A stretch of DNA of 63,207 bases, counting the filler, from Octopus bimaculoides (lineage: Eukaryota): the NCBI RefSeq assembly GCF_001194135.2. It is 5 parts of 5 records of this genome, joined end to end, with 100 filler letters (N's around TTAATTAATTAA, not from the genome) between each part and the next. Parts side by side here need not be neighbours in the genome. Positions count along the whole stretch, not along the records: positions 1 to 14,645 come from NC_068985.1; positions 14,746 to 29,537 come from NW_026421422.1; 3 more parts are not named here. One strand, written 5' to 3'. Positions 11,990 to 23,449 of the stretch are shown here, in pieces. Under the pieces are notes generated by a model that saw nothing but the letters and a program-made list of their open reading frames with translations, was not told the DNA's origin and searched no databases. The position numbers and the translations under genes are program-made. The stretch's first letter is position 1. Each line of letters opens with the position of its first letter.

Positions 11990-13362
11990 TAGCCGAAGTC
12001 AAAGCACACATCCCACAATAACATCAACATCAACAACACCAAATATTAAACTGAATGTTAAAACACGCATAACACGGAATCCCAGAATCTGCCGGTATTC
12101 CCATCGCGAGAAACTGTCTGTTGCTTTGTCCCTTCACTCATCTTCCAGGGACCCGAGGCACTAACAAGACATGGAGCCCCAAGCCAACACACAAATCACA
12201 GTAAAAACACTCTCTGCCGCAGTAATGCTGGTCCAGTCTTTTCACGGAGAAACAACAGCAACAAAACTACAACAAAAGCGAAAACTACAACCCTAACCAA
12301 CAGTGCAACCACACCGCCAGTCAAAAACTGCTCCCTAATCAGGAAAATTCTTTTTTAGCCTGACAAAAGAGACACAAAAGAAACATTTTAGTGATTTAAT
12401 ACCATCCTGTGCTATTACTCCAGTGCACTAACTCCCCACATTGCTGTCACTAACACACAATCAGAAAAAAGCCCCCTGCAACAGTCAAAACCTGCCAATA
12501 CACTAGCCACCACATTTCTACTCAATGCACAAGGTGTCAGTCCCTCCATCAATGCACAAAATTGGAAGATCCAATTCATTGAGGATTTGGTTGATAACGA
12601 TACACACCACATCCTTTTCTTCATTGTTACCGTGACCCATCTTGACAACTTCCATTTGGAAGCCGAAGTGTTAGTGAGGAATTTCACAACCATCAGCGCG
12701 GATCGAAACGACAGAAAGAAGGGTGAAACTGCCATTTTCCTGCTTGATTCCTTTTCGGCAGATGTAAATATGACATTTTCCAATAGCTACTGTGAATCGG
12801 TCACCGTGCACAACAAAACCAATGACCTAATAGTAGTTGGGCTGTATAGGCCACCTCAAACGCCCGTACTGCGCCTTAATGAATGCCTCAACAGCATTAA
12901 GTGTCTTATTCAACAGTGCCCTTCTAATAATATAATGTTGATTGGTCTACAAACAGTTTAAAATCTGGCACTCCCACCTCAACTGCTGACAAAGAAGCAG
13001 TAGAGTCACTTTTCAACTTTATGAATGAGTCCTTCTTGTTCCAACTTGTCCTAACACGCAAAAGATATAACATTTTAAACATTGTGTTTAGTAACCACAC
13101 TAACATACATAATATTATAGTGTGATAAACCCTTCTTTCGGACCATGACATGGTTCTCTGTAACTTGAGATTCCACCAGCAGAAAGCTAACCCTAGTGAT
13201 TCCTCTCCAGCCCACCCATTTGATACCATGGATCTCTATGATGCCGACTGGGACTCAGTCATAAACAAGCTATCACATGTTGACTGGTCTTTCACACATG
13301 CACACACCTCCTCCAGTACCAAGATATCTTGGCAGATCTTTGTAGACACTGTCACAAACTAA
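11990..13362 (+). mobile_element. CR1-like LINE 5' part: putative ORF1 tail and APE endonuclease domain, decayed
   Basis: FLLNAQG, VTHL, ADRNDRKKGETAI, IVVGLYRPP, IMLIG, FQLV.TR..NILNIVFSN and SDHDMV motifs of AP endonuclease at about 12500-13160. Confidence 0.75.
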
Positions 13363-13368
13363 ACACAC

Positions 13369-14065
13369 GTCACAAACTAAGGGAGTCACTTCAGCTGACT
13401 GAAGACTCAAATGTCGATAATTTTCTTGGTTTGCAAAAGCTTTTGGCCATCTTTGATACTGTCATGAAAAAACACCTTTGCAATGTAGAGAGTCACTCTG
13501 AATCGGCATCTTACCTTTCCCCCAATGTTCAGAATGAATTTATTTACCTCATGGCATCAGGCGTTCGTCAGAATCTGCTAAAGGTCATTCGCAGGGCCAA
13601 GTATTATGGTCTCATGTTCGACACAACCTCTGATAGAGCACATCGTGAGCAGATTTCGCAAGTAGTAAGGTATGTTGATGTTGACTTCGAAAGAAAGCGC
13701 ATTCTTGTGAGAGAAACCTTCCTCGGGTATTCAGGTGGGCAAAAAGGATGCAGAGAGTTTAGTTGATGTAGTTTTGAAACAGTTTGCCGATGACGAAATG
13801 GCATTGGAAGATTGTAGGTCCCAGTGCTATGATAATGCAACTGTGATGGCTGGGCACAGAAGAGGGGTCCAGCAGAGAATCAACGAAAAGAACAAATTAG
13901 CCCAATTCGTAAATTGTGACAACCATTCTTTAAACTTAGTCGGCCTACACGCAGCTAAACACGAGTTGGTAATGTCTGCATTTTTTAGCGCAATCGAAAC
14001 ACTCTACATATTCTTTTCTCGTTCGACACACCGCTGGGAAAAACTGAAGGCCAAAAAGAGTAATA
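13369..14065 (+). mobile_element. hAT transposase fragment (ZMYM1/Tip100, DUF4371-like), frameshifted near 13735
   Basis: YLSPNVQNEFI..AKYYGLMFDTTSDRAHREQISQVVRYV..ETFLGY / CRSQCYDNATVMAG..GVQQRI..FVNCDNHSLNLV..FFSRSTHRW. Confidence 0.9.
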
Positions 14066-14410
14066 CAGTTAGATAGAGCGGAAAACGGGCTTTAAAATGC
14101 TATATGAAGTTGAGGTAATTTAACGAAACTTAATTTGAAAATACATCATTTAAAACCAAAATAAAAAATTCCGCCAGAACTTTCTTGACAACCTCATATC
14201 AGCACTTAATTACCAGCATGGCTAAAAATGATTGGTGCAAGTGTGAAGGTTGAACACCTACAAAAATCAACATGAATTTTTCGCACGCTTCTTGAAACAT
14301 GAGCAGTAAATATGTGTCAACGTAGTCTGCAGGCTGTGGACAGTTGACGTTTTCCATCATACCCAGCAAAATAAGCTGAGTTTTAATCACATAATATTAT
14401 CGACGACAAG

Positions 14411-14478
<68 letters not shown>

Positions 14479-14689
14479 TACCTCCACTACCCGCACAGCG
14501 ATCGTAAACACACGTGTTACATCAAAATCAGACCATCTTCGAACCCCAAAACACCATGTACAAAAAAATTACAAACATATTAAATAACACCGGTATTATT
14601 TCACCCAAAAATAACAACCGAGAAGTACGTACTGTAAGCTTGTTANNNNNNNNNNNNNNNNNNNNNNNNNNNNNNNNNNNNNNNNNNNN

Positions 14690-14701
14690 TTAATTAATTA
14701 A
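14690..14701. other. Artificial six-frame-stop linker TTAATTAATTAA inside N spacer (also 29582-29593, 46960-46971, 60752-60763)
   Basis: Identical 12-mer flanked by about 44 N on each side, four times. Confidence 0.92.
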
Positions 14702-14936
14702 NNNNNNNNNNNNNNNNNNNNNNNNNNNNNNNNNNNNNNNNNNNNGACGGTCAGGCAGTTTTGGCGTTTGTTGACTTCACTGCCGCGAACGACGGCGGTA
14801 ACAATGATGTTGACGACGACGACGATGATGACGACGATGATGATGATGATGATGACGACGATGATCTCCTTGTCCCCATTGTCTCCCCCTTCCCCCCTCC
14901 TTTTTACTTAATCCACGGCCATCGTTACTTGCCGAA

Positions 14937-14968
<32 letters not shown>

Positions 14969-15067
14969 CATTATCGCCACCGCCACCACTGTCACCTACC
15001 ACAACCATCACCACCACCACCACCATAACATCGTCATTGAGAATCTACAAGTTAACGATGGCCGCTT

Positions 15068-15101
<34 letters not shown>

Positions 15102-15113
15102 AAATATATACAC

Positions 15114-15147
<34 letters not shown>

Positions 15148-15296
15148 ATATATACATATATATACATGTATTGACTTTCGGCTGCTGTCGCTGCTGCTGC
15201 AGTTGTCGCTGCTTGTGAAATGATATTAATAAAAAAAAAGAAGAAGAAAAAAAAAACAACGCACAGACAGTTACCTGAACCTGATGAGACGGATTT

Positions 15297-15331
<35 letters not shown>

Positions 15332-16809
15332 TGGTTTGAAAACAAAACCTATTTGAGACATTTTTGCTCTTGAATTCTATTAATCTGTCTTTATCTATCT
15401 ATTTATCTATCTATCTGTTTCTTTGTTCCTGTTTGTTTATCCGTATGTGTCTCTATCTGTCAATGTCTATCTATCTGATGTTTTGCCTTCTTGTCCCATT
15501 CTGTATTATTCATATATATATATATATATATAAATATACAGATATAGGGCAGGGAATCGTCAATTAGTAATAAAATTAATAATTAACAATTTTGCCAAAT
15601 AGTTCAGTATGAAAAAAACCTTTATCGGTAAAACCATTTATAATCATAAATATACAGGGATTAGCATTGAGTTGCTTCTCCAACATACTGAAAATTTAGA
15701 AATAGCAGTCAAAGAACTACTGATTCCAAACTACAAATTTNNNNNNNNNNNNNNNNNNNNNNNNNNNNNNNNNNNNNNNNNNNNNNNNNNNNNNNNNNNN
15801 NNNNNNNNNNNNNNNNNNNNNNNNNNNNNNNNNNNNNNNNNNNNNNNNNNNNNNNNNNNNNNNNNNNNNNNNNNNNNNNNNNNNNNNNNNNNNNNNNNNN
15901 NNNNNNNNNNNNNNNNNNNNNNNNNNNNNNNNNNNNNNNNNNNNNNNNNNNNNNNNNNNNNNNNNNNNNNNNNNNNNNNNNNNNNNNNNNNNNNNNNNNN
16001 NNNNNNNNNNNNNNNNNNNNNNNNNNNNNNNNNNNNNNNNNNNNNNNNNNNNNNNNNNNNNNNNNNNNNNNNNNNNNNNNNNNNNNNNNNNNNNNNNNNN
16101 NNNNNNNNNNNNNNNNNNNNNNNNNNNNNNNNNNNNNNNNNNNNNNNNNNNNNNNNNNNNNNNNNNNNNNNNNNNNNNNNNNNNNNNNNNNNNNNNNNNN
16201 NNNNNNNNNNNNNNNNNNNNNNNNNNNNNNNNNNNNNNNNNNNNNNNNNNNNNNNNNNNNNNNNNNNNNNNNNNNNNNNNNNNNNNNNNNNNNNNNNNNN
16301 NNNNNNNNNNNNNNNNNNNNNNNNNNNNNNNNNNNNNNNNNNNNNNNNNNNNNNNNNNNNNNNNCCCCCCCCAATATTATATATATATGTATTAGGGTTT
16401 TTTTCCCTAAATTTTTATCTTCAAGAATGCATAGATAAAAGTAAGCTGTCCCTTTTCTCCATACTTTGGCAGTAGTTGGACTGCCGGCCCCTAAAAGCCC
16501 TGATCTTCCTCCTCACCACCACCATCACCACCACCACTACCCTCCACGACCTGGTTTAACCTAGTCTGTCCAGTTGGTAAGGGTTAAGGTAAGTCACCTT
16601 TCTTTCTTTGGGTGGGGGTAACTGGAATAACCCCCTAATACCCTCTTCTTTACAACTTGGCCGCTGTTCCCTGTCTTCCTCCATAATATGACCACATCTA
16701 CAGCTTGGTCCCTTCTGTCCAGTGCTCAGGGCTAAAGTTAAGTAACCGGTCTCCATATTTGGGGGCAACAGGACATTTGCTTCCTTCTGCCTTCCAGCCT
16801 ACTCCACAT

Positions 16810-17910
16810 CATGGATTATCATAATCCTCTTTTAATTCCCTATCAGGGATTGACTTAATTCCCTCCTAAATCCATTATTGTGGATTAACTTAATCCCTTG
16901 CTAATGCCATCATTGGGCATAAAATCAATTCCCTGCTAATCGCAGTATTGTGGATTAACTTAATCCCCTATTAATTCCATTATTTGTGGATTAACTTAAT
17001 CTCCTACCAGTTCCATGTCATCAGTCAATTTGACTCGCAATCAGCTTCATTTCATAGAACATTTTCATTCATTGCTAACTCTATATTGCGGATTAACTTA
17101 ATCCTATTAACTCAATGTCTTGGATTAGCATAACCCCAACCAGTTTCATGCTGTGGATCAAATTAATCCCCTTTTAACTCCACACTGTGGTTTAACTTAA
17201 TCGCCTGCTTACTCCATATCAGGGATTACTGTAATCTCCAGCCAGCACCATGTCATACATTAACTTAATTCCATATCAGGGATTAACTTAATCCCTTGCA
17301 AATTCCATGTCATGAATTAATCCCTGTTTGTTTCCATATTGTGAATTAACCTAATCCCCTGCCAACTCCATTAATGTGGATTAACTTTATCCTCTTGCCA
17401 ATTCCATTATTGTGGATTAACTTAATCCTCCTGCCAGTTCCATGTCATGGATTAACTTGATCCACAATCAGTCTCATATCATCAATCAACTTAATTCCGT
17501 GTCATGGATCAACTCAATCTCGTGCTAACTCCATATTGTGGTTTAACTTAAAGTCCCTGCTAGCTCCATATCAGGATTAACATAATCCTCCTGTCCTGTA
17601 AGGGATTAACTTGATCCATAATCAGCTTCATATTGCAGATCAACATAATCCCTTGCTAGCTCCATGTCATGGATTACCTTAACCCATGTTGTGGATCAAC
17701 TTGGTCACCTGCTTGCTCTATATCCTGGATTAACTCTAATCCTAGCCAGCTCCATACCAGGAATCAGCTTGGTCCCTACCCCCAATTAACTCCCTGCCAT
17801 GGCTTAATGTAACAATATCCAAATCTACCCGTGATTTAACTTAATCTGCTGCTAGCTCTGTCAGGGATTATCCCTAATCTCCTACCAGTTCTCATGACTA
17901 GGATTAAGTT
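16810..17910. repeat. Degenerate 33-36 bp minisatellite with palindromic core GGATTAACTTAATCC
   Basis: About 30 units; perfect cores at 16882, 16952, 17090, 17280 and 17414; consensus near ctccatattgtGGATTAACTTAATCCcctgctaa. Confidence 0.9.
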
Positions 17911-18014
17911 GAAATTAGCTTTTTTTTTTCAACTAATGACAATCATTATCTCTGCTTTTCTACTAATACAGCACCTGGAAACTATATAAGTAGATAGATG
18001 TATAGAAAACAATA

Positions 18015-18317
18015 TACACAGGTGTCCACAAAGTCCAGGTGCATGGGGATTAACACATACTTTAAGAAATTATTATTTCTTATATTTAATTGCTTATGTT
18101 ATGATTTCATTTACTCCATGTACCCACATGTGGATTAACACATACTTTAAGAAATTATTATTTCTTATATTTAACTGTTTATGCTATGATTTTATTCACT
18201 CCATGTGCCCACATGGGGGATTAACACATACTTTAAGAAATTATTATTTCTTATATTTACTTGTTTATGCTATGGTTTTATTTACTCCATGTACCCAGAC
18301 CTTGTGGACACCCTGTA
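18015..18317. mobile_element. Tc1/mariner-type MITE with triplicated 85-bp internal unit
   Basis: TA-CACAGGTGTCCACAAAGTCCAGGTGCATGG ... CCATGTACCCAGACCTTGTGGACACCCTG-TA inverted termini; ggattaacacatac units start at 18047, 18132 and 18218. Confidence 0.8.
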
Positions 18318-18639
18318 GATAGACAAATCTCAAAATAACACCAGTTAATCCCATCGATGGATTTATCATATATCTCCTCTTAATAACGCCTTGGTAATTA
18401 AATCTTCTGATTAATAGTAAGCTGTCCCCTCCTGTTTCCATTCTTTGGTGGTCATTGAACTGACCTGACTGACCCCAACCCTAATGGCCCTGATCTTTCT
18501 CTCCCTTCATCACCTCCGCTGCCACCCCACCGTCCCCGACTGGGTTTAACCTGGCCTGTCCAGTTGGTCTGCCCACACCACTGATACGACACTCCGGTGT
18601 ATGTCACCCACCACTTGCCTGACAAGCCTCACACACTGC

Positions 18640-19240
18640 TGTAGCTCTGTTAGGATCACACTCCATTAACACTGCCGTACCACTGTTAAAGCACTGTTAC
18701 ACCATTCATAAAACACTGCTGTGCCACTGGCATAGCACTTTTTCTAACACTGCAATAACACCATCAAAGCACTGCTACAATACTCATAAAACACTGCTAT
18801 AGCACTCCTATAACACTGTTGAAGCACTGCCATGTCACCAGCATAGCATACGCCTAGCACTGCAATGCCACTGCTAAAGCAATGCTATGCCACTCATAAA
18901 ATACACCTCTAACACTGATGTAGCACTCTTCTAACACTGCAATTCAACTGCTTTTCCACTGGCATAGCACTCCTCTAACACTGCCACTGCTAAAACACTC
19001 ATAAAGCACTGCTCCTGTACTGTTTTTCCACTGCCATAGCGCTCCTCTAGCACTGCAATGCCGCTGTTAAAGCACTGCTGTACTGCTGACACAGCACTCT
19101 TATAACACTTCCTTACCGCTGTTACTGCACTGTTCAGACACTGCCTTGAAACTAGTTTACCACTGCTGCAGTACAGTACAGTACCTCTCTCCTTTGCTAT
19201 ATCACTTACCCTGCACTTTTCCAACACTGCTGTAGCAGTT
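18640..19240. repeat. Degenerate approximately 11-bp minisatellite (AACACTGCTAT/AGCACTGCTAA)
   Basis: Recurrent cactgc/cactg at roughly 11-bp spacing. Confidence 0.75.
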
Positions 19241-20211
19241 TCACCTCGGGTCGGCACACCACGACATACTACAGCCTGTACTACATTACAGTCCTGCCAG
19301 AAAGAAAAAAAGGGGAGCAGTGTGGTCCCCTATGTGTCCAGTCTGTAGCATGTGTGACCCCAGCTGACATTTGAACAGTGGTGGCAGGGTGGAGCGCCAG
19401 ACCAACATGGGGTGGGGCTGCCAGCCTTTTGGTCCCTTTCGGGCCCCGTGTCCAGCCGTTGGGATTCCAACGGAAATAACAACATTCCATTTGAACCGTT
19501 CGCGTCTCCCTNNNNNNNNNNNNNNNNNNNNNNNNNNNNNNNNNNNNNNNNNNNNNNNNNNNNNNNNNNNNNNNNNNNNNNNNNNNNNNNNNNNNNNNNN
19601 NNNNNNNNNNNNNNNNNNNNNNNNNNNNNNNNNNNNNNNNNNNNNNNNNNNNNNNNNNNNNNNNNNNNNNNNNNNNNNNNNNNNNNNNNNNNNNNNNNNN
19701 NNNNNNNNNNNNNNNNNNNNNNNNNNNNNNNNNNNNNNNNNNNNNNNNNNNNNNNNNNNNNNNNNNNNNNNNNNNNNNNNNNNNNNNNNNNNNNNNNNNN
19801 NNNNNNNNNNNNNNNNNNNNNNNNNNNNNNNNNNNNNNNNNNNNNNNNNNNNNNNNNNNNNNNNNNNNNNNNNNNNNNNNNNNNNNNNNNNNNNNNNNNN
19901 NNNNNNNNNNNNNNNNNNNNNNNNNNNNNNNNNNNNNNNNNNNNNNNNNNNNNNNNNNNNNNNNNNNNNNNNNNNNNNNNNNNNNNNNNNNNNNNNNNNN
20001 NNNNNNNNNNNNNNNNNNNNNNNNNNNNNNNNNNNNNNNNNNNNNNNNNNNNNNNNNNNNNNNNNNNNNNNNNNNNNNNNNNNNNNNNNNNNNNNNNNNN
20101 NNNNNNNNNNNNNNNNNNNNNNNNNNNNNNNNNNNNNNNNNNNNNNNNNNNNNNNNNNNNNNNNNNNNNNNNNNNNNNNNNNNNNNNNNNNNNNNNNNNN
20201 NNNNNNNNNNN

Positions 20212-20271
<60 letters not shown>

Positions 20272-20369
20272 ATATCTTTTTTCCTCTCTGCTACTTTTGT
20301 AAATAACAAAATTGTAAGAATAATAATAATAATAATAATAGTTTTAATTCTGTACAGAAAACAGCACAA

Positions 20370-20960
20370 CCATATTGGACACCACCACAATACTACAACA
20401 CATACCACAACATACACCACCACCACGACATACTACAACACAAACCATAACACACTCAGCATCAGACAACACCACAACATACTAAAGCAACTACCGCAAC
20501 ATACAACAGCACCTACCACAACATACAACAGCACATGCTACCAAATACTACAGCATGTACTACAACATATACCACAGTATACAATACAACATACTACAAC
20601 ATTACACCACACCACACCACATTATGCTATAACATACTACAACATTACACCACACCACACCACATTATGCTATAACATACTACAGCCTACTACAACACGT
20701 ACCACATTAGTCAACACTGCAATATACTACAACAGAGGCACCACACTTCACCATGCAGCTATACCAAACCAACACCACTACCACCACTGGACAACACACT
20801 ATAGTATACTACAACCTACACTGCAGCATACTACAACATACACCGAAGCATACTATGACCCACACCGCAGCATACTACAACATACACCGTACCATACTAC
20901 AACATACACTGCAGCATACTACAACACATACCACAGCATACTACAACACCACACCACCCT
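20370..20960. repeat. Degenerate approximately 11-bp minisatellite (AACATACTACA)
   Basis: Recurrent acatactacaac/gcatactacaac. Confidence 0.75.
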
Positions 20961-21732
20961 TGCGCTATAACAAATTGGTTGAAAACGTTTCCTTTGCTTT
21001 TTTTTAAAAAATAAAGTTGAATTTATTTTGATGATGATACCAAGTTGATCCGTGTCTTATTTTGTGTTTAGTTGTTGAGGTTCTTTGAGACCCCGGGGTC
21101 ACTGGTTCAACACTGATTGAGAAACAAGGGCCCATCAGGACACAGATATTCCATTAGATATCAACTGGTCCCGAGGCCTTTGAATTTTTCTCTTTCGTAC
21201 TTGCAGGTTAATCTCATGAGCAGGCTGTTCCGAAAAAGTATCAGTTAGTTCACATTTCACTCCATTCAGCTGTCAAAAATGAGCTGCGCCTCAATTTCAA
21301 AGGGCCAGCTTTATCACATTCTGTGTCACTCTGAGTCTCCCTAAAAACTATGATAAGGGGATAAGTGTCTGTGGAGTGCTCAACCACATGCACATTAATT
21401 TCATGAGCTGGCTCCTCTGTTGATTGGATCAACAGGGACCTTTGTTAGCATATCCAGCAGGGGGCCAAATTCACTCCCTTAAGTTGATGAGTAAACAGAA
21501 CCTTAAGAACATCAGAAAAGTTGTTTTCTGGAATTTATGTCAGCTCACTACGTTCTGAGTTCAAATCCTACCAAGGCTGGAATATGAAGGTTTTTTTTGT
21601 TTTTTTTCTGAAACAAAACGTTTCTTCTTTCACATTAAATTTCTGGATACGAAAAGTAAGTAGGAAGGAAAGGTACTTTTGTATTAATGATATAAAATGC
21701 AGGAAGATATGGTTTTATTTTATATATATATA

Positions 21733-21937
21733 TCATCATCATCATCATCATCATCATCATCGTTTAACGTCCGCTTTCCATGCTAGCATGGGTTGGACGA
21801 CTTGACTGAGGACTGGTGAAACCGGATGGCAACACCAGGCTCCAATCTAAATTTGGCAGAGTTTCTACAGCTGGATGCCCTTCCTAACGCCAACCACTCA
21901 GAGAGTGTAGTGGGTGCTTTTACGTGTCACCCACACG
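21733..21937 (-). mobile_element. SINE/LINE 3' end with (GAT)n tail, family C (second copy 27960-28120)
   Basis: (CAT)n-cgtttaacgtccgctttccatgctagcatgggttggacga..ctggatgcccttcctaacgccaaccact shared by both copies. Confidence 0.75.
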
Positions 21938-22160
21938 NNNNNNNNNNNNNNNNNNNNNNNNNNNNNNNNNNNNNNNNNNNNNNNNNNNNNNNNNNNNNNN
22001 NNNNNNNNNNNNNNNNNNNNNNNNNNNNNNNNNNNNNNNNNNNNNNNNNNNNNNNNNNNNNNNNNNNNNNNNNNNNNNNNNNNNNNNNNNNGAAAATCCT
22101 ACGGAAGCCAGTCAGGCAGTACTGGCAACGGCCACGCTCATATATATATATATATGAATA

Positions 22161-22471
22161 GGGCGGCGAGCTGACAGAAACGTTAGCACGCCGGGCGAAA
22201 TGCTTAGCGGTATTTTGTCTGCCGTTATGTTCTGAGTTCAAATTCCGCCGAGGTCGACTTTGCCTTTCATCCTTTCAGCATCAATTGAATAAGTAAACCA
22301 TTTGGCAAAGGGAACAAGTTGAGGACTCAGTTTGCTTGAGTGCTTGTGGCTCATTTACTTTGTGTTTTCTTGAGTGGACGGTGAGGCCTGCTTTGCTTTG
22401 TGCCACAAAACCACAATGACAGGTAAGGTTTCTATTTAGAGGAGCAACATTTTGCCAGCTTACCTTCATTC

Positions 22472-22504
<33 letters not shown>

Positions 22505-22720
22505 TATGATGAGAAGGCAGAGAGCTGGCAGAATCATTAGCATGCCAGGTAAAATGCTTAGCGGTACTTTGTCTGTCTTTTACATTCTGGGTTCAAATAC
22601 CACCGAGGTTGACTTTGCCTTTCACTGTTTCAGAGTCAATAAAATAAGTACCAGTTGAATACTGGGGGCCGATGTAATCAACTTATGCCCTCTCACAAAG
22701 TTGCTGGCCTTGTGTCGAAA
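22161..22720 (+). mobile_element. Two SINE family A copies (about 22161-22285 and 22520-22720)
   Basis: ggcggcgagctgacagaaacgttagcacgccgggcgaaatgcttagcgg.. and gagctggcagaatcattagcatgccaggtaaaatgcttagcgg.. Confidence 0.8.
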
Positions 22721-22889
22721 TTTGATGGGAGAAAAATGAAACTGAATAATTTTGGGGGTGGGCATTGTTAATTTTTGCATGGAAGGTGGGTGTGGGGCGT
22801 TTGAGCCAAATTAATTGTCGATCGCTCATGTAGAACATGTGTAATTCTGTTGTTTTCTTTTTTTGTTTCTTATTTTGTGTTTTTGTCAG

Positions 22890-23449
22890 AGATTGGAACC
22901 GAAATTGGAGAATGCTGTCATGGTACGATGATGATAACTGCAGAGGAAGATTGTTTTACAGACCCTAGTAAGAATAATGGTGTTGATGCTGGGGTACCAT
23001 CAGAGGGAGACAAAAAAGAGGAGATGGCCCGTGGCAGCGATGGAGATACGGCAGAATCACAGAGACAGAGAGAGGGCTCTTGCGTCGAGGAAAACATCGA
23101 GCTTGCAGAAATGGCCATGGAAATGTCTGAGATGAAATACTGCACGACAGAGGGCGAGGACGCTTTGCTCTCCATAGACAACACCGAGGGTGCCCCGGGG
23201 AAAGACCACGAGCAGCAGATGGACGAGGACGGCAATGTTATGGAAGCGGTGGAAATCGATGACCGTCCATCGTCTTTGACTCCTGACGCCGCTCTGTCCC
23301 CTGGCGCTTCTGCACCGACTCCACCACCATCGACACCAACAACCACAGCAGCTACACCGGCCCCCAAACCAGCACCGGTACCACCAGCCACTGGCAAGGC
23401 AGAAAGTCCGTCAATTGCGGAGAAAGTCGATCACTGCATAATATGTTAA
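22890..23449 (+). CDS. Probable coding exon: acidic then Pro/Thr/Ala-rich region ending in HCIIC, possibly the start of a TRIM/TIF1-like RING; truncated or frameshifted
   Basis: Pyrimidine tract plus CAG acceptor at 22887-22889; stop-free, GC-rich, non-microsatellite frame; ATG at 22928 gives 173 aa; stop at 23447 directly after CxxC; the overlapping frame continues LTRYSVASNEPQL. Confidence 0.55.

Noticed and set aside
14090-14400. Possible piggyBac C-terminal Cys-rich remnant on minus strand
   Set aside because: Cys pattern needs several frameshifts and no TTAA/CCC terminus could be confirmed
14761-15174. ORF with poly-Asp, poly-Leu/Pro and poly-Thr
   Set aside because: Series of trinucleotide tracts running into (CT)n and (TA)n; no splice or domain support
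15270-15345. Two donor-like sites on the minus strand (CAG|GTAACT, CAG|GTAAAA)
   Set aside because: No acceptor or coding frame upstream; separated by a long homopolymer
16810-17910. CRISPR-like appearance of regularly spaced palindromes
   Set aside because: Inter-palindrome segments are short (about 20 bp) and homologous to each other rather than unique spacers; no cas genes; eukaryotic context
21800-21830. CTGAGGA-CTGGT-GAAAC-CGG hammerhead-like string in family C repeat (also about 28020)
   Set aside because: No stem II, no NUH triplet in register and no stem I pairing
22918-23397. 159-aa minus-strand ORF
   Set aside because: Antisense shadow of the GC-rich + strand exon; splice signals favour +
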